Below are positions 12,996 to 26,345 of a stretch of 64,000 nucleotides of DNA, piece by piece. The position numbers and the translations under genes are program-made. The stretch is from Kudoa neothunni (lineage: Eukaryota > Animalia > Cnidaria). Under the pieces are notes generated by a model that worked only from the letters and a program-made list of their open reading frames with translations, made no database searches and was not told the DNA's origin. Location of the stretch: contig OZ199839.1 in assembly GCA_964304625.1 (NCBI GenBank), positions 5,710,311 through 5,774,310 of the forward strand, read 5' to 3'. The first letter of the stretch is position 1. Each line of letters begins with the position of its first letter.

Positions 12996-15360
12996 ATGAA
13001 GGGTGTTGGCCTAGAGAACTTTTCCAACAACTGCTATCTAAACAGTATCGTACAGATATTTTTGCATATACCCGAGATGGTTGAATACTTCAGTCAGGGT
13101 ATGGAGATTGGTCGGTTGAGGTTAACATGTTTATTAGATTCAATTTAGACTATAATCCAGATGAATTGTCTCCAAATGAAGATGACATCAAACAGGTCAG
13201 GGTTGTTGAAGCGTTTGTGGAACTGTACGATGCTGTTGTATCGAATTTGAAATCTGGACACACTTCTCCTTTCATTCTCAAGGTAATATTCGGCTAACAC
13301 CTCACACAATTGTTCAATTAACATTGAAAAGTCCGCTATGGGCAAAATAGATCCAACATTCGATGTGGATGAAGAGTGCGATGCTCAGGAATTCTTTTTA
13401 GCTTTTATCAACGCATTACAACAAGGTCTTAGTCGTAGGAAACAGCCCCACTCACAAACTAGCTCTAATGTCGATCTTTCGATTCTCTCCAACTACAAAC
13501 TTTATATTTGTCAACAACGACACACAGTAGTGGATCGATTGTTTTTGGGTGCTCTAGGCAACCATTTAACATGTTCAGGATGCAAAGATGTGAGTGTTGT
13601 TCCATCGAATTAGTACTAATGTATGCTGACACATGTAGGTAAGTTGTTCGTATGATATATTTTTCAATGTGGCGATTCCGCTGCCTCTCAATAAGAAGAA
13701 AATCCGGCTGGCACTGTATTCTAACGACATGAATCGAAAACCCATAATTGAGAGTGTGGAACTTAACATCTACACCGAAACTACCGTGTCTTCGTTGCTT
13801 CGATCCACCCATTCACTTATTCCGAAGAACGGTTGCACAAATCACAATTCTTCAGAGAATACCCTTACAAAGAATTGCGTGAAAAACCGTTCTCCTATTG
13901 GAATTGGCGGAATAGGCGGAACCAGTGGGAATACTGGAAAGAGTCCTAGTTTTTTTCTATTCACCCTTGGACTCAGTTATGTCAGGCTTGCCAGGCAGTG
14001 TGAATTTGTTTGCAACGTGGTCGACTATGACAACCGTTTGATTCTGGGCGCGGAATTTCCTCGAGGAGATGTTGGCAATTGTTTCCTAGTACGTCAGTAT
14101 ATCAACAACTTTGTTGACAATCAATTCACAACCGTGGAGGCGATGAGGAAACACAAAGATTTCAAGAAAAAATTCAAATCGTCCATAGTCAGTCGACTTA
14201 TAGATAAATGTTTCAACAACAATTCACGAGCTTATCATTCATTTGTACCACCGATTGGCAGTCATTACATAGGATTACCATTTTTGATTGCTATACCAAA
14301 CCATCTTCATCAAAATAAAACCCCCTTCTACGACTGGTTGTATCAGTGTTGTGTAAAATATTTGAACAATATCGACTACATTAGTAAAACAATCAATGTG
14401 TCTTTCTATCCGTTTGATTTGAATCATGATCCTCCGGAATTTAAAATTATTGCCACTTTGAAAGATATGACAAAAGTGATTGTGGATAGTTCGTTTGGAT
14501 TGGCCATGATGGAATTCACCATTGCGATCGATCTTATTTGGAATTCCCCCAATTCACCCGGCAGTCCCTCCTCCTACGCAAACGACACTACCACCAGCCA
14601 AGTTGCCTCATCCCTGCCGAGTTCCAGTGGCGAAAATGGACACACTAGTGGCTATGCCGTGGTGGTGCCAGAACGATCCAGCTCCTGCAGTCTTAATCCA
14701 AACAAAATTATCAGTTGTTCTAGTTTTAGCGACCCTGCCAGAATGTTCAAGATTCAAGGCAAAAACTCAGATCCTTATGACATTTTGGCTGATCTTCAAA
14801 TATTTCGATCCAGAAGCTTTGATTGTACCCTGGATGAATGTATCAATTTGTTTTTCAATGAAACTGTACTAATTCACAACCGCGAATGCTCAAAATGTAA
14901 CTATGTTGGTGATTCTGTGGGTGTGGTCAAGTTGGCTATCGCTCCCTCTATTCTAACCATTCAGTTGAAAAGATTTGATTATCAGAATGGCGGCAAAAAA
15001 ACCGATGTTTTAGTTGAGATACCAAACAAGTAATTACAACTTGTAGTAATAGATTTGAGATGTGGGTTTTTTTTAAATAAATTCTGTTCATGTTTTTATA
15101 GCATCCAAATCAACTCCAAACACATCGAACAGGCCAAATCTTCCATTCATTATAGACTTGTTGGTATGGTTTGCCATATTGGAACATTCTCTTTCGGACA
15201 CTACTTCACAATCATCGATGAGCTGGGCATGGCAGACCCCAGTCTGAACGCAGAAAGATGGATCCTCTTCGATGATGCTTCTGTAGAATATATAACTGAA
15301 GGGAAGTTCAACAAATTTAAATCTTGGGCTTATCTACTATTTTTTAAACGTGTAAACTAA
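12996..15360 (+). CDS. Ubiquitin-specific protease (peptidase C19) with split catalytic domain
   Basis: Cys box GLENFSNNCYLNSIVQ, ECDAQEFF, zinc-finger Cys pairs CSGC and CSKC, LTIQLKRFDY, His box VCHIGTFSFGHY, WILFDDASV, AYLLFFKR. Confidence 0.9.
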
Positions 15361-15602
15361 TTTTTTCAATCGTTTTGTGTATTTTATCGATAAACTTGTC
15401 TCACTTTGCTATTATCATTATCATTATTAAGTATGTTGACTGTTAAGCACGAATAATTTTAAAAATCTATCATCACAATTTTTAATGTTTTCACAATGAT
15501 TTAAAAGGTTTCATGTTTAGTTAAGTTGTCAAAAGAAGATAGATTGCATTTGTTATGCCTTTTTAATTATAATGCATAATTGAATCGAATCGTAGTAAGA
15601 AT

Positions 15603-16300
15603 AAGACTGCGGTTATTGACCTGGAAATTTTTAAATCCAGAATGGCAACTACGCTTGCGCACTGCACATTTTTAATCCAGGACACTCCTATTTATAGTTG
15701 ATCTATAGAGTTTATTTTTCATAATCTGTTGTATTTTATTATTTTTTGTACTTTCGTCAAAAGTTCAACTAATTTTATTATACCAGCCGATAGATCCTAA
15801 TTCTTGTAAATTTGGTTAAATTCTGACGAATATACACAAAATAATAACACAAGTATTTTGATGTGCGGCATTAATATTTATATTTTTAATAACGTATCCT
15901 ATTCAGATTATATCATGTAGGGTTTAAACATTTACTATATTGAACGACATCACTTCAGCTTGCTTAACGTGACACCATTACATAATTACTCAGTAAACAT
16001 TGTTGCATATTATTACAAAATTTAATCGTTATTTCAAAATATACCTTGAAGCAATTAACTGTGAACATATTGATCTGTACTAGACATTAAGTATGATTGA
16101 GTGTTCGCGCCAAAAAATTGCAATAATACGACGATAAATTTAAATTTATTACCTGAAGACGTAATTAAGAATAGATACGATTAAAAACTACTGTTTGCTT
16201 AAACATGGATTTATATTTAAACCCCACTGGCAGCCCTGGTTAAATGCAATCAAAACTATACCTACCTGGATATTGTGAGCTGTGTCAATAACCACTTCTA
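15603..16300 (-). mobile_element. MITE family A copy (reverse orientation, with ~450-bp internal insertion)
   Basis: Ends match the element at 32714-32950 (ggttattgac... / ...cctggatattgtgagctgtgtcaataaccacttct). Confidence 0.65.
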
Positions 16301-16872
16301 AGAAAAATAATGACTGGTTTGACAATGATACAATATTTCAACACCAATTTGCGATTGGTGCACACAATAGAGAAAAACAACTGGCACGTACCTAAGTGAA
16401 ATTAAAGTTTTCATTATTTTGATTCCGATTTATCAAAAATATTATTATTAAATATTATTCTTAAATAATATGAATATTTTTTTTATCTATTAGATAAATC
16501 ATTGAATTAAGACCCTTATAGAGGTGGAGAATACATTCCAATGAATAATATAATTATTGAGCTTCGTATTAATAAATATTAAAATGATGAAAAATCACTA
16601 AAATTACTTTAAAAAAATACAATGAGATAGTTTGTAATTCTTTTATTTGCAATAAAGCCTCCGATTTAGAGTAAATTTGTGGTTTAATATTAGCGCAAGC
16701 GCCACGTGCAATTTAATTCGACATTATTGCAAATTAAAGCACAACAATTAAAAGTTAATCTGACTTATTTTCAAGTTGATATTAAAATATTGTATAAAAA
16801 GCTTACAAGTATCGCACTTAATTAATCTTACGGGTGTATCCTGTTGACAGCTCATGTTAATCACGTGATTAA

Positions 16873-19712
16873 ATGATGAAAAAGAGGACCAGGAAACCCG
16901 TAGTCTACGCCAAACCAAAGGTTAATTTCAAATTAGAATAAAACTTTTATTAAATACTCCAAACATTTAGAAGGGAAAGCTAAATCGCCAGTCTGCGACA
17001 AAAAAAGTTCGCCACGACGAAAATGAAGACGAGATTTCTAGGTTGGTTGCCTTATTTGGGAGGAGTCAAGATAATATTTTATAGCGATGAAGAATCTTAT
17101 CAACAAAATTTTTCCAATTCTCAGATCTCCGAACCAACTAAAAGTGGTGGTTTGGAAAAGAGGCTGAATTTGGCCAAAAAATATATTGATGAGATTCAAA
17201 ATCTAGAGAGTAATTAAAATTTTAGATGTTAGCCGTTAAGTTTTTAAAAGCTCCCAACGATGATCGAACTGATATCGATCCGATAGCTGCACGCCTAGAG
17301 GAAGAAATAGTAGCCTTATTATTTTTTTGGTTCTAATCTAACTAATATTCAGCTAACAAAAGCTGGCGTGAAACAGCGGAATCTTGTTGATAATGTAACA
17401 TTCCATTTTGTTTTCTTGGGCCTAATCAATCATCATCATCATCGTTAGTTATGTGCAAACGGAAAAATCAAAGTGGAAAATACCATCAAAATGAACAAAT
17501 CAATTACATGTATAGCTGTTGGTAAAGATCACTTTTTTGTTGGCTCTAAAGATGGAAATATTTACAAATGTGTGACTAAAACTAAAAAAAATCTCGGATT
17601 TATTTTCCATTAAGGTGACATAACTACCAAAAAAAGACTTGGAGTGATAACTGGATCTAAAAGAAGTCTAAGTAAGCAAATCAAAACAGGCGATATTCCC
17701 ACAACCTGTAATGGACACATTTTGTCCTTGGCGCTAGCTCATGACGAAAAATATTTAGTATTTATGAATTTGATTTTCGTGGTTTAGTTTACTGTTATTT
17801 AGGCGTCAAGTTGTGAAAACAAATTTGTCTATGTGTGGGATCCAAAGACTTTGGAACATATCCACACTTTTCGTGGTCATCGCGATTGGGTTAGCGGTGT
17901 CGCGTTTCGAATCGGAACTCACCAATTGTATACCACTTCCTTTGATAGAATGGTTAAGATTTGGAATCTTGATGACATGGCTTATGTGGATACATTGTAA
18001 CCTACAATTTTGTTTCAATATTGTCTTCGGATTAATATTTTGTACCACTCAGGTATGGCCATGAAGATAAAATTCTATCAATTGACTCTCTACACAAAGA
18101 GCATGCATTAACTACTGGAGGATTAGATTACTCGGTTAGACTTTTCAAAGTGGACAAAGAAACACAATCGTTATATCAAGCAGAAAGGTACTACTTTGCA
18201 TAGTTTTCTCTATTTTGAGACGTGCTAGAAATTAGATAAAATTAATTAGTTCACAAAATGTACCAAATAGTAGTTACTCTTGTAGATAGATTGTTATTAC
18301 TCTAATTCTGCTACATTTCATTGGATATAAAAATCGTCTGTATTTTTCAATTAAAGATCCCCTGTGATTTAATTAATAGTAAAACTGGTGGTTAATGAGT
18401 TGATTTGATATCGTAGACTTGGTTGGATGTAGTGGCTTTTGACCATTTATCTATTTTAAGTGATTCACTCATGGCTTTCTTCATAGTGCTCTTATCAATA
18501 GTGTAATATTAACACAAACATCTTAAACTAACTCAGGTAATTTATTTCCAACGTTATTTTGTATGCAATCCCATCGAATGCTCGTCGTTTCAATGTTGCT
18601 AGTTCAACCTGCTTCGCACGGTTTTTCCAATTTGAAATTATATCCAATTGCTATTGTTTGGTAATTGACAAGTGCTTGCTGAATGTTAATTTCACGTTTT
18701 CTCCGATTATCCAATTTGAAATTATATCCGACTGCTATTGTTTGGTAACTGAAGAGTGCTTACTGAATTAGAGTTTCACGTTTTCCCCAATTATCCAATT
18801 TGTTTTGAACCATATCATGTTTATTAGCCCATTAATGGTTAATTGATTTGCGTGCCATCCTAATCATCCTTTTATATTTTTCAATCGATTTAATTACTAA
18901 ATATGCAGTAGTTGACACGAAATGAATTGTTAGTAATCATGATTGAATAGAGTAATTTAAGTTACAATTAAACAAACACTTAACTTGTTAATATCTTAAC
19001 TATTAATTAACCAACGCGCTTGGCATATTTATCCCAAAAAAATGAAATAATTAAAATGAATGAACCATCTAATTACAAAATTTTAGCGGTTATTTTCAAG
19101 AGTATGCACTTATGATGACTGAAGAAGAGTTTGTATCTATATCGTCTAATGGATCGTTGCTTTTGTGGAAAAGCAACAAAAGGAAGCCCATTTGTGTTAT
19201 AGACAATGTGCATATTGGTCGAGCTAGAGAGGGTGAAATGTTTGGTTCAGCGGCTGACTCTGCAACCAACCCCGAAATTCGCAAGACCTCATTAACTGCA
19301 TTAAATGGATCTTCGGACATCCCCACAACAACAAAACCACTTTATTCTATCGCCTTAGTTCCATACAGCGATTTGCTTGTGACAGGTGATTTTATGAGGG
19401 TTTTTGGTATCAACTGTGAATAAATACGGTTGTTATAGGATCGTCTGATGGGTTTATTCATATTTGGAAATATTGCCACAACCAGGGCGAAATTAAACTG
19501 GAAATAAAAAAATCTATTCCCATTGTGAGTTTTTTCACCTTCTAATCGTCGATTTGTAATAACAATAACAATAATAGGATGGAATTGTATCATGTATCAA
19601 GTTTTCTAAATCGAACGACAAATTATTGGTAGGAGTGTCACGCGAAGGACGATTAGGCAGATGGGAAACTGCAAAAATAACCAATAAAATCGTAGTCTAT
19701 AGCTTAGTTTGA
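16873..19712 (+). CDS. RRP9: U3 snoRNP 55-kDa WD40 protein RRP9
   Basis: EKRLNLAKKYIDEI, HILSLALAHDEKYL, HTFRGHRDWVSGVAFRIGTHQLYTTSFDRMVKIWNLDDMAYVDTLYGHEDKILSIDSL, GVSREGRLGRW; many short introns plus one 899-nt intron. Confidence 0.92.
18598..18803 (-). repeat. 84-bp tandem repeat (2 units plus partial) next to a Helitron-like 3' end, inside the RRP9 intron
   Basis: Units start at 18626, 18710 and 18794. Minus-strand aaccgtgcgaagcaggttgaaCTAG resembles the terminus at 38156-38183. Confidence 0.7.
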
Positions 19713-19916
19713 TTTTGTTGAACAATCTATTATTGACAAAAGTCGTGTGCTAAACACTTTTTTATCCAAATAACAATAAGATTGAAGAACATAAGAGAAT
19801 AGGTGTTGTTAGAGGCGTAATAACGACGAGAATTAGGGTTGAATCTGTTAGCTTTTGTTGTTCGAGGTGTGAAACTGTGTTGATTGTATGGTACGCTCGA
19901 GGTCACTATAGATGAG

Positions 19917-21992
19917 ATGTTAGATAGCAAATCACCAAAAAGTTCATCTAATGGTTTAATGGATAGATTAACCGGAATAAAGTTGACATACTTTGTGTTG
20001 TTTTTTGGATACGGAGCAACCCTCCCTTATTTGGCATTGTATTTTCGTCAAATAGGGCTTAATGCAAGTTACGTAGGAGCTATAGCTGGGTTGAGGCCTC
20101 TGGTTCAATTTGTAAGCTGTCCTTTGTGGGCAATAATAGCTGATAGATTTCATGTGAGAAGGATAGTCTTGAACATGTCGATTATTAGTTGGTTGTTGTT
20201 TACGGTTGTATTGTATGTGCCTCGGCCGAAACATTCCTACTGTATGGATTCGCCGATTTTTGATTCTTTGACCAAAAACACAACAAACAAAAATATCACT
20301 GACGTTGCAAAAATATGGCCGAAAATCCTAGCAAAAAATAACAACACCAGTAACGATCCATCCTCACTGGAAAAAATTGAAAGTGTTCCACTAAAGAAGT
20401 AATTTCATCCGTATTAACTTTAAATAATTATTTTAGCGGAACGTTACCCTTCCAAATAGAAGTATCATCAAAAAGAAGTGTTATGGGAAGTGTGAATTCG
20501 TTCCAATTTCGAAATCCTGAACATAATCACGTTTCACCTAGACATCACATTAAAGGAGGTAATCTAACAGAGGCTAATCAAACAGCAAATAATTTGTCGG
20601 ATTCGATGATGTATACAGCACCGTTGGAATTTTTGGCTAGCAATGATAGTTTGTCGCCAACCAAAGTAAACAACCAAAGCAATAATGTTGAAAATCTGAC
20701 CGAGGAATGTCCACTTGCTGAATTTAAAATGAAAACACCAAAAAAACAATTATTGGCAGTGTTTCGGGATGAAACCGAATGTATCCCATTGGTATTCTAT
20801 GAAAAAGAAGAAGTGTTTATAGTGTTTGTTATCCTCATTACATTGACAGCTGTTGGGGAGTTTTTTGAGGCGCCTGCGGTATCGTTGCTGGATGTAGCTA
20901 TACTCGAATGTTTGGAGGATCGCAAAGAGATGTATGGTCAAACTCGGCTCTATGGTAGTCTCGGTTTCGGAATATCTTCATTTATTGTTGGGGTTACACT
21001 TGATTACTTCCACATCACAATATGTAACGAGCAGGTTACTGATTTTATGATTACGTTGTACTTTTTTGTGGGATCCATGATCCTGGCAATTTTAATATCG
21101 TTGCTGTGTGTCAAATTTGGCGATGATACATCATTGATGAGTGAATTTACCAGAAAAGAAAGAAAAAATATTTCAGAAAATAAACCAATCCAGCCCTGCT
21201 CGATTTGTCAAAACAGCAGTGATGATCCAGAAAAACCTTCACAAATAATCATCGATTTGGAATCAATAGATGAGGATTTGACAAAAAGCAAGAAACTCGC
21301 ATTAAAAAAAAACACCCAAAACCTCAGTGAAATCATCGCTATATTCAAACAATCTGAATATCAATTCAATATTCTGGTGTCCCTATTCTTAGGGTTTAGC
21401 CATGGAAGTATAATGAATTTTATCAATTGGTTCCTGGAGGATCTTGGTGCTAGTCGACTTATGATGGGATCGGCTACTGTGATACGAGATTTTGCTGTGG
21501 TTTTTGGGTTCTACATCTCTCCATATGTTCTTAGTGTACTCAGCCAAATGCAAGTTATCACTTGGACATTTTGTGTGTATATTTTCAGCTACTTCTGCTA
21601 TTCATTGATCACCTACCCGTGGTATGCTGTTCCTGTGGAATGCATTCAAGGTCTAGCCTATGCTATTATGTGGTCTTCTTGTATCACTTACTTTGGCGGC
21701 ACCGTATCCAAAGAGAATAGTGCCACAATGCAGGGTATTTATTTAATTGGGTTTGGATGGGAATTTTCCCACCGAACATATTCCTTAATATCCTATATCG
21801 TTTATAGGAGTCATTCAAGGAGTTTATTGGGGATTAGGCACTGGTTCAGGAGCAATTATTGGTGGAATCAGTGTTTTCAAGTATGGCTGCTCAAAATCGT
21901 TTCAACTAGGTGGCTACATCACCTGCTTCGCCATGTTATTCTTCGGATTAATCTATTATTTTTTTGTTCGAAAGAATGTAGATAAGCGATAA
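19917..21992 (+). CDS. MFSD6: Major facilitator superfamily protein MFSD6-like
   Basis: KLTYFVLFFGYGATLPYLALYFRQIGLNA..PLWAIIADRF, YGQTRLYGSLGFG, FINWFLEDLGAS, TMQGVIQGVYWGLGTGSGAIIGG; introns at ~20399-20436 and ~21735-21808. Confidence 0.9.
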
Positions 21993-22077
21993 AAACCAAA
22001 ATCCATTATAAATTATATGTGAATAATATATATATATATATATATATTTGAGTAATTGATGTAATATTAATTTTGAA

Positions 22078-25000
22078 CTATTTGAAAAGTGGAATTATTT
22101 CGCCGTTATTCATGCTAGAGAATTTGATCAGTTTCATCACCTTGAAATCCATCAATGAATGCGTAAAACGAAGTCTACATGAAGTAGAATTTATATTAGA
22201 GAACAGGAAAACGCATTATTTAATGTCACATTAGATCGTTGGTTCTACTATCAATTTTGGCGGGATAATTTGAAATGAGTGCATTCAATTTTATTTTTAG
22301 TTTGGGTCGACCTTTTTTGCGTGATAAATTCTCAATAAAATCCTAAAGTTACATACAGTTATAATCAATAACAGTCTAAACTGTGCGTTACATTAAAAAG
22401 GTCTTCACATTGAATCTTAGTATCCACTTTTTGTAGACAATAGAACAAACATGATTGATCTGAACCTACAAGCTCTTCTTTAGGGTGCTTCAAAGATTTA
22501 ATTAGGTTTTCCATTGGGGAAAAATTAATTCTCTAAATTATGCGATTGATTATTATATAGTTTATTTGGGGAAGAGTTAAAACCATTAATAACTAAGTTA
22601 TAATAGTAAATATATTTTGATCTGTTAGATGATTTTGAATGATTATGACAGAGTATTCCTCACTCACTTCACTCATGGTAGATACATCTGAATAGTACAT
22701 AATTTCTTTAAAATCGAACGAAAACATTCCAAATAATTCATAATTTACACTAAAAATAAAGTTTAGTTCAATAATCTTCAATAAACACAAACTCAATCAT
22801 TTGATGTATATAATCGCGAAATCCGTTGACTGTGAGTTTATCATACGAGACGCTAAACAAATCCGCCGTTTGTTTGATCAAATTTTCAAGCGAATGGGTT
22901 TGGTTTGAATGATCGTCAGTGGTAAATTCCTCACAGAAACATAAACAAACTTCTTTGATCTCCTTATAATTTCGATATGAAGGCTTAATCTGAAGGCAAC
23001 TTTTGATAAATTTGTTATCAATAATAGATTTTGTTCGGTTGAAAAACTTCATGTACCATTTTAAATACTAAAAACGATGAAAAGTATGTTATCAAATAAT
23101 ATAGATTTTTATATACGTTTAAAATGGGTTGATTATGAACCCCCAATCGTGAAAACACAGAAAAAAATAAATCAAACGTTTTTTTTATCAACAACTGTAG
23201 GTCTCTGTTACAGTTGTGAACTCGAGCCATCTCATCAGCTACAAAACTATTATCATTCAAAAGGCGCCTAACAATCATCTTATTCTTCTGCTTCTCCGCA
23301 TACCTATACGGATAATAAAAAAAGTGTCTTAATTTAAAAAAAAATGTTAAATTTTAACTCGCATTGATTATATCATTTAATATTCTAACATTTGTACGTT
23401 TAATAAAAAATAGACTGCATTAAAATTTGTAGCAAGAATAAAGTTAATTTAATAGATTAATGCATGATTGAACATTAAAACTTATATTAATATCAATTAA
23501 AATTGAGCGTGGTTAAATATTTCCCAAAACTGAATAGCAAAGGTATTAAAAAGGATCAACTAATATAAAATTAAAATTTATTTTATAATAATTGAAATAA
23601 ACGAATGATTGATTAACTAAGGTAATCCATATATTATTGTTATCAACAATATGTGCAAATTCATCCTCCTCCTCCTCAAAAAAAATTAATTAATTAATTA
23701 TGTTATTATACTGAATGCTCAAATTATGAAAAACTTGATCATTAAAAATTAAGAACGCTCAAGTCATTTAATTCAACCGTAGTGTAATCAATTAATAAAA
23801 CAATATGAAATGGAGAGGACAAAAAGATTAGCTGACGTTACATACGAGATAATCTGTTTGACTAATTCGTAAGACCATTATTTTTACACAAAAGTCTTCC
23901 AATAAAAAAATTTAATCCTCCTTTAATATTCATTCATTAAAAACACAAAAAGTGAAATAAAATACACAGTTCATATGGCATTGATGCAGTGTAACGTGTT
24001 AATTCTCAACATTATTATTATTATTATTACAACAAATCTTTTTAATTATGAACGCGGCGGAGAAAAATTACAATTAAATACATAAGCCAATAATTGGCAG
24101 AGAACCTGAATGCAATATAAATCTAAAAAGCAAATTAAATGATTAATGCTTAGCTATGACGACTAATTATTCCATTGTATAGTAAGTCGGAATTTAATGA
24201 CTTAATTCATTAACATCATTCAACAAAATTAACTGAAATACAATATCATACGCAATTAGATTTATTCAATCAAAACATATGTTCCACACAATAGAAGTAG
24301 AAGCATTATAAAAATTGAAATCAGAATTACATATTAACTCATAAAATCGACGACGATGAATGAAATTACAAAAACAAATAAACATGAGAAGAAGAATAAG
24401 ATTAGTCTATTAATTTTTATTATTAATAATACACGAATCTCTTGAACAAATAAAAGCGATGAAAGAAATAAAAACAATTATATCAATTATAAACAGATTA
24501 AAAGCTTCAAAACAACATGATTCTATCTATGGTGATTAATTAGAGAATAATTGGACAAGCGTGAATTCGCGTATGACAATTAAAAAAAGTTGAATAAATA
24601 TAAATTGGGTGATTTTGTGACTAGGCGGGTTGGCTTAAAATTCACGTCTGAATAGAATCGAATCAGTGGTAACTAAAGAGGTGCAATAAACTCTATGTTA
24701 GATGGTAAGTTGTTTATCAAATCAAATCAAATCAAATCAAGTGGCATAATAAATTGAAGTATTTTCAACAAATGTAGCACACAATACAGTTAATTATATT
24801 CAATCCCTTAAATTTACATTAACTAAAAATAAATTAACGAATTTATCTAATCGTCAAAATCTGAATGAAACTATCACTCACACCAAACAATGTAAAATAT
24901 GAATGAAAACGATGTTTAATAACTTAAGATTAGATCCATGGAATTACCTTCTGAAAGACGAAGACGTGGAACAAAAATCTTGTATAAATTTATCAGAAGG

Positions 25001-26316
25001 TTGATTTTCCTTATTCGAATTGAAAAACTCAATCCACAACAAATTAGCATCAATGTGTTCCATGACAGAGTACTGAAATCAATATCATTAGAATGAACTA
25101 TTACAAACAAGATAACTTTAATCAATGTCTGAAAGGTGGCGACTCTGAATGTGTTAGTTTTAAACAAGTGGTAGATAAAATCTAGCACACTGCTGTCCCA
25201 AATGAAGATATCGGCTAATTCTGGATGGAAAAGTATTTGTTTAAAAAATTTATTTTGAATTGCAATGGAATTTTGTTTGAGATCATTTGGTAAAGGTTTA
25301 TTTTCAACAGTGTGATTAAGACTTTTTCGTAGTGATTTGCACTCATAGGATGTATTTTTAGAGGTGAACACAATAAAAGATAGAGCAAGTTTTTTATCAC
25401 TCAAATCGCTGCAATTTACCTTTAGTTAAAAATACATAATATATTAATAATTTTTACCTGCATACAGTCATAAGTGTGTCAACAAATTCCAAACAATTAG
25501 AACAATCATTTACAATTACCAACACGTTTTGTTGTTTACGTTTGATGAGTTCGAAAATGAGAAATTTTAACGGTAGATTACACTTTTGATTCTATTATCT
25601 CAACTTACACAACATTGGAACTCATAACACCTACATTTTCTTGGCTAATGAACTCTGCCAGTTTGTTTGTAAAAGCCAGCATATCTAAATAACGTATGAA
25701 CAAGAGTTGTTCATGCAAAAAATCATAAACATACTGAAATCTGTGTTTGTGTCCATGGTGATTATGACGAATTTTTCAATTTCTAGCAATTTTTGTGTGA
25801 CTTGTTTTTTCAGAAAATTATTGATAGTTTCCTCGTTGCCTAATGAATCGCGGTATATCAGACAGATTAGACGTTAGATGTCTCAAAACAAACAATTATT
25901 TTCTTATTCAAATACTCAATTCGAATAAAAACATTTTAGATTCGCACTCCAGACTTGTCAACTTTTCGATAAATGGTTCGACATTATTGACAAGGTGCTG
26001 TTGGAAAATCTTATGTAGTAGTTGCTATTATTATTAGTGTCATATCTAAGCAACTGAATACAAAAGCTTACAGAAATATTAGTTTCGATAGTATTTATGT
26101 ATTTAAAGTAGTTGGGAGTGATGTTGCGTTGTAGCAATTCTCCATCTAAATCTATCTTGCAATGAGGCGATTTAAGCTCAGTAAAGTCAACCTTTATTTA
26201 GTTTGGCATTTTTGTTTTGAGGAGAGTTCTTTTCTTCATTGTACTAGACAACTTATATTTGGTGAAAAATCAGAAATATTTACTCGAGAACTAATGTCTC
26301 TAAGCGCGCGTTTCAT
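22078..26316 (-). CDS. ORC3: Origin recognition complex subunit 3 (highly divergent)
   Basis: Spliced peptide follows ORC3 collinearly: NVLVIVNDCSNCLEFVDTLMTVCS; FIWDSSVLDFIYHLFKTNTFRVATFQTLIKYSVMEH; SSFRRYAEKQ..LLNDNSFV; FKEIMYYSD..RINFSPMENLIKSLKHP; C-terminal LRFTHSLMDFKVMKLIK. Confidence 0.8.
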
Positions 26317-26345
26317 TTGTGAGTTTCTGCGCGAGCATCTTAAGC

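Noticed and set aside
16861-16868. E-box TCACGTGA just before the RRP9 ATG (possible Myc site)
   Set aside because: The motif also occurs in intergenic sequence (7935, 9631); not supportable without functional data.
18626-18803. CRISPR-like or zinc-finger array
   Set aside because: Contiguous 84-bp tandem units without unique spacers, no Cys/His pattern, eukaryotic intron context.
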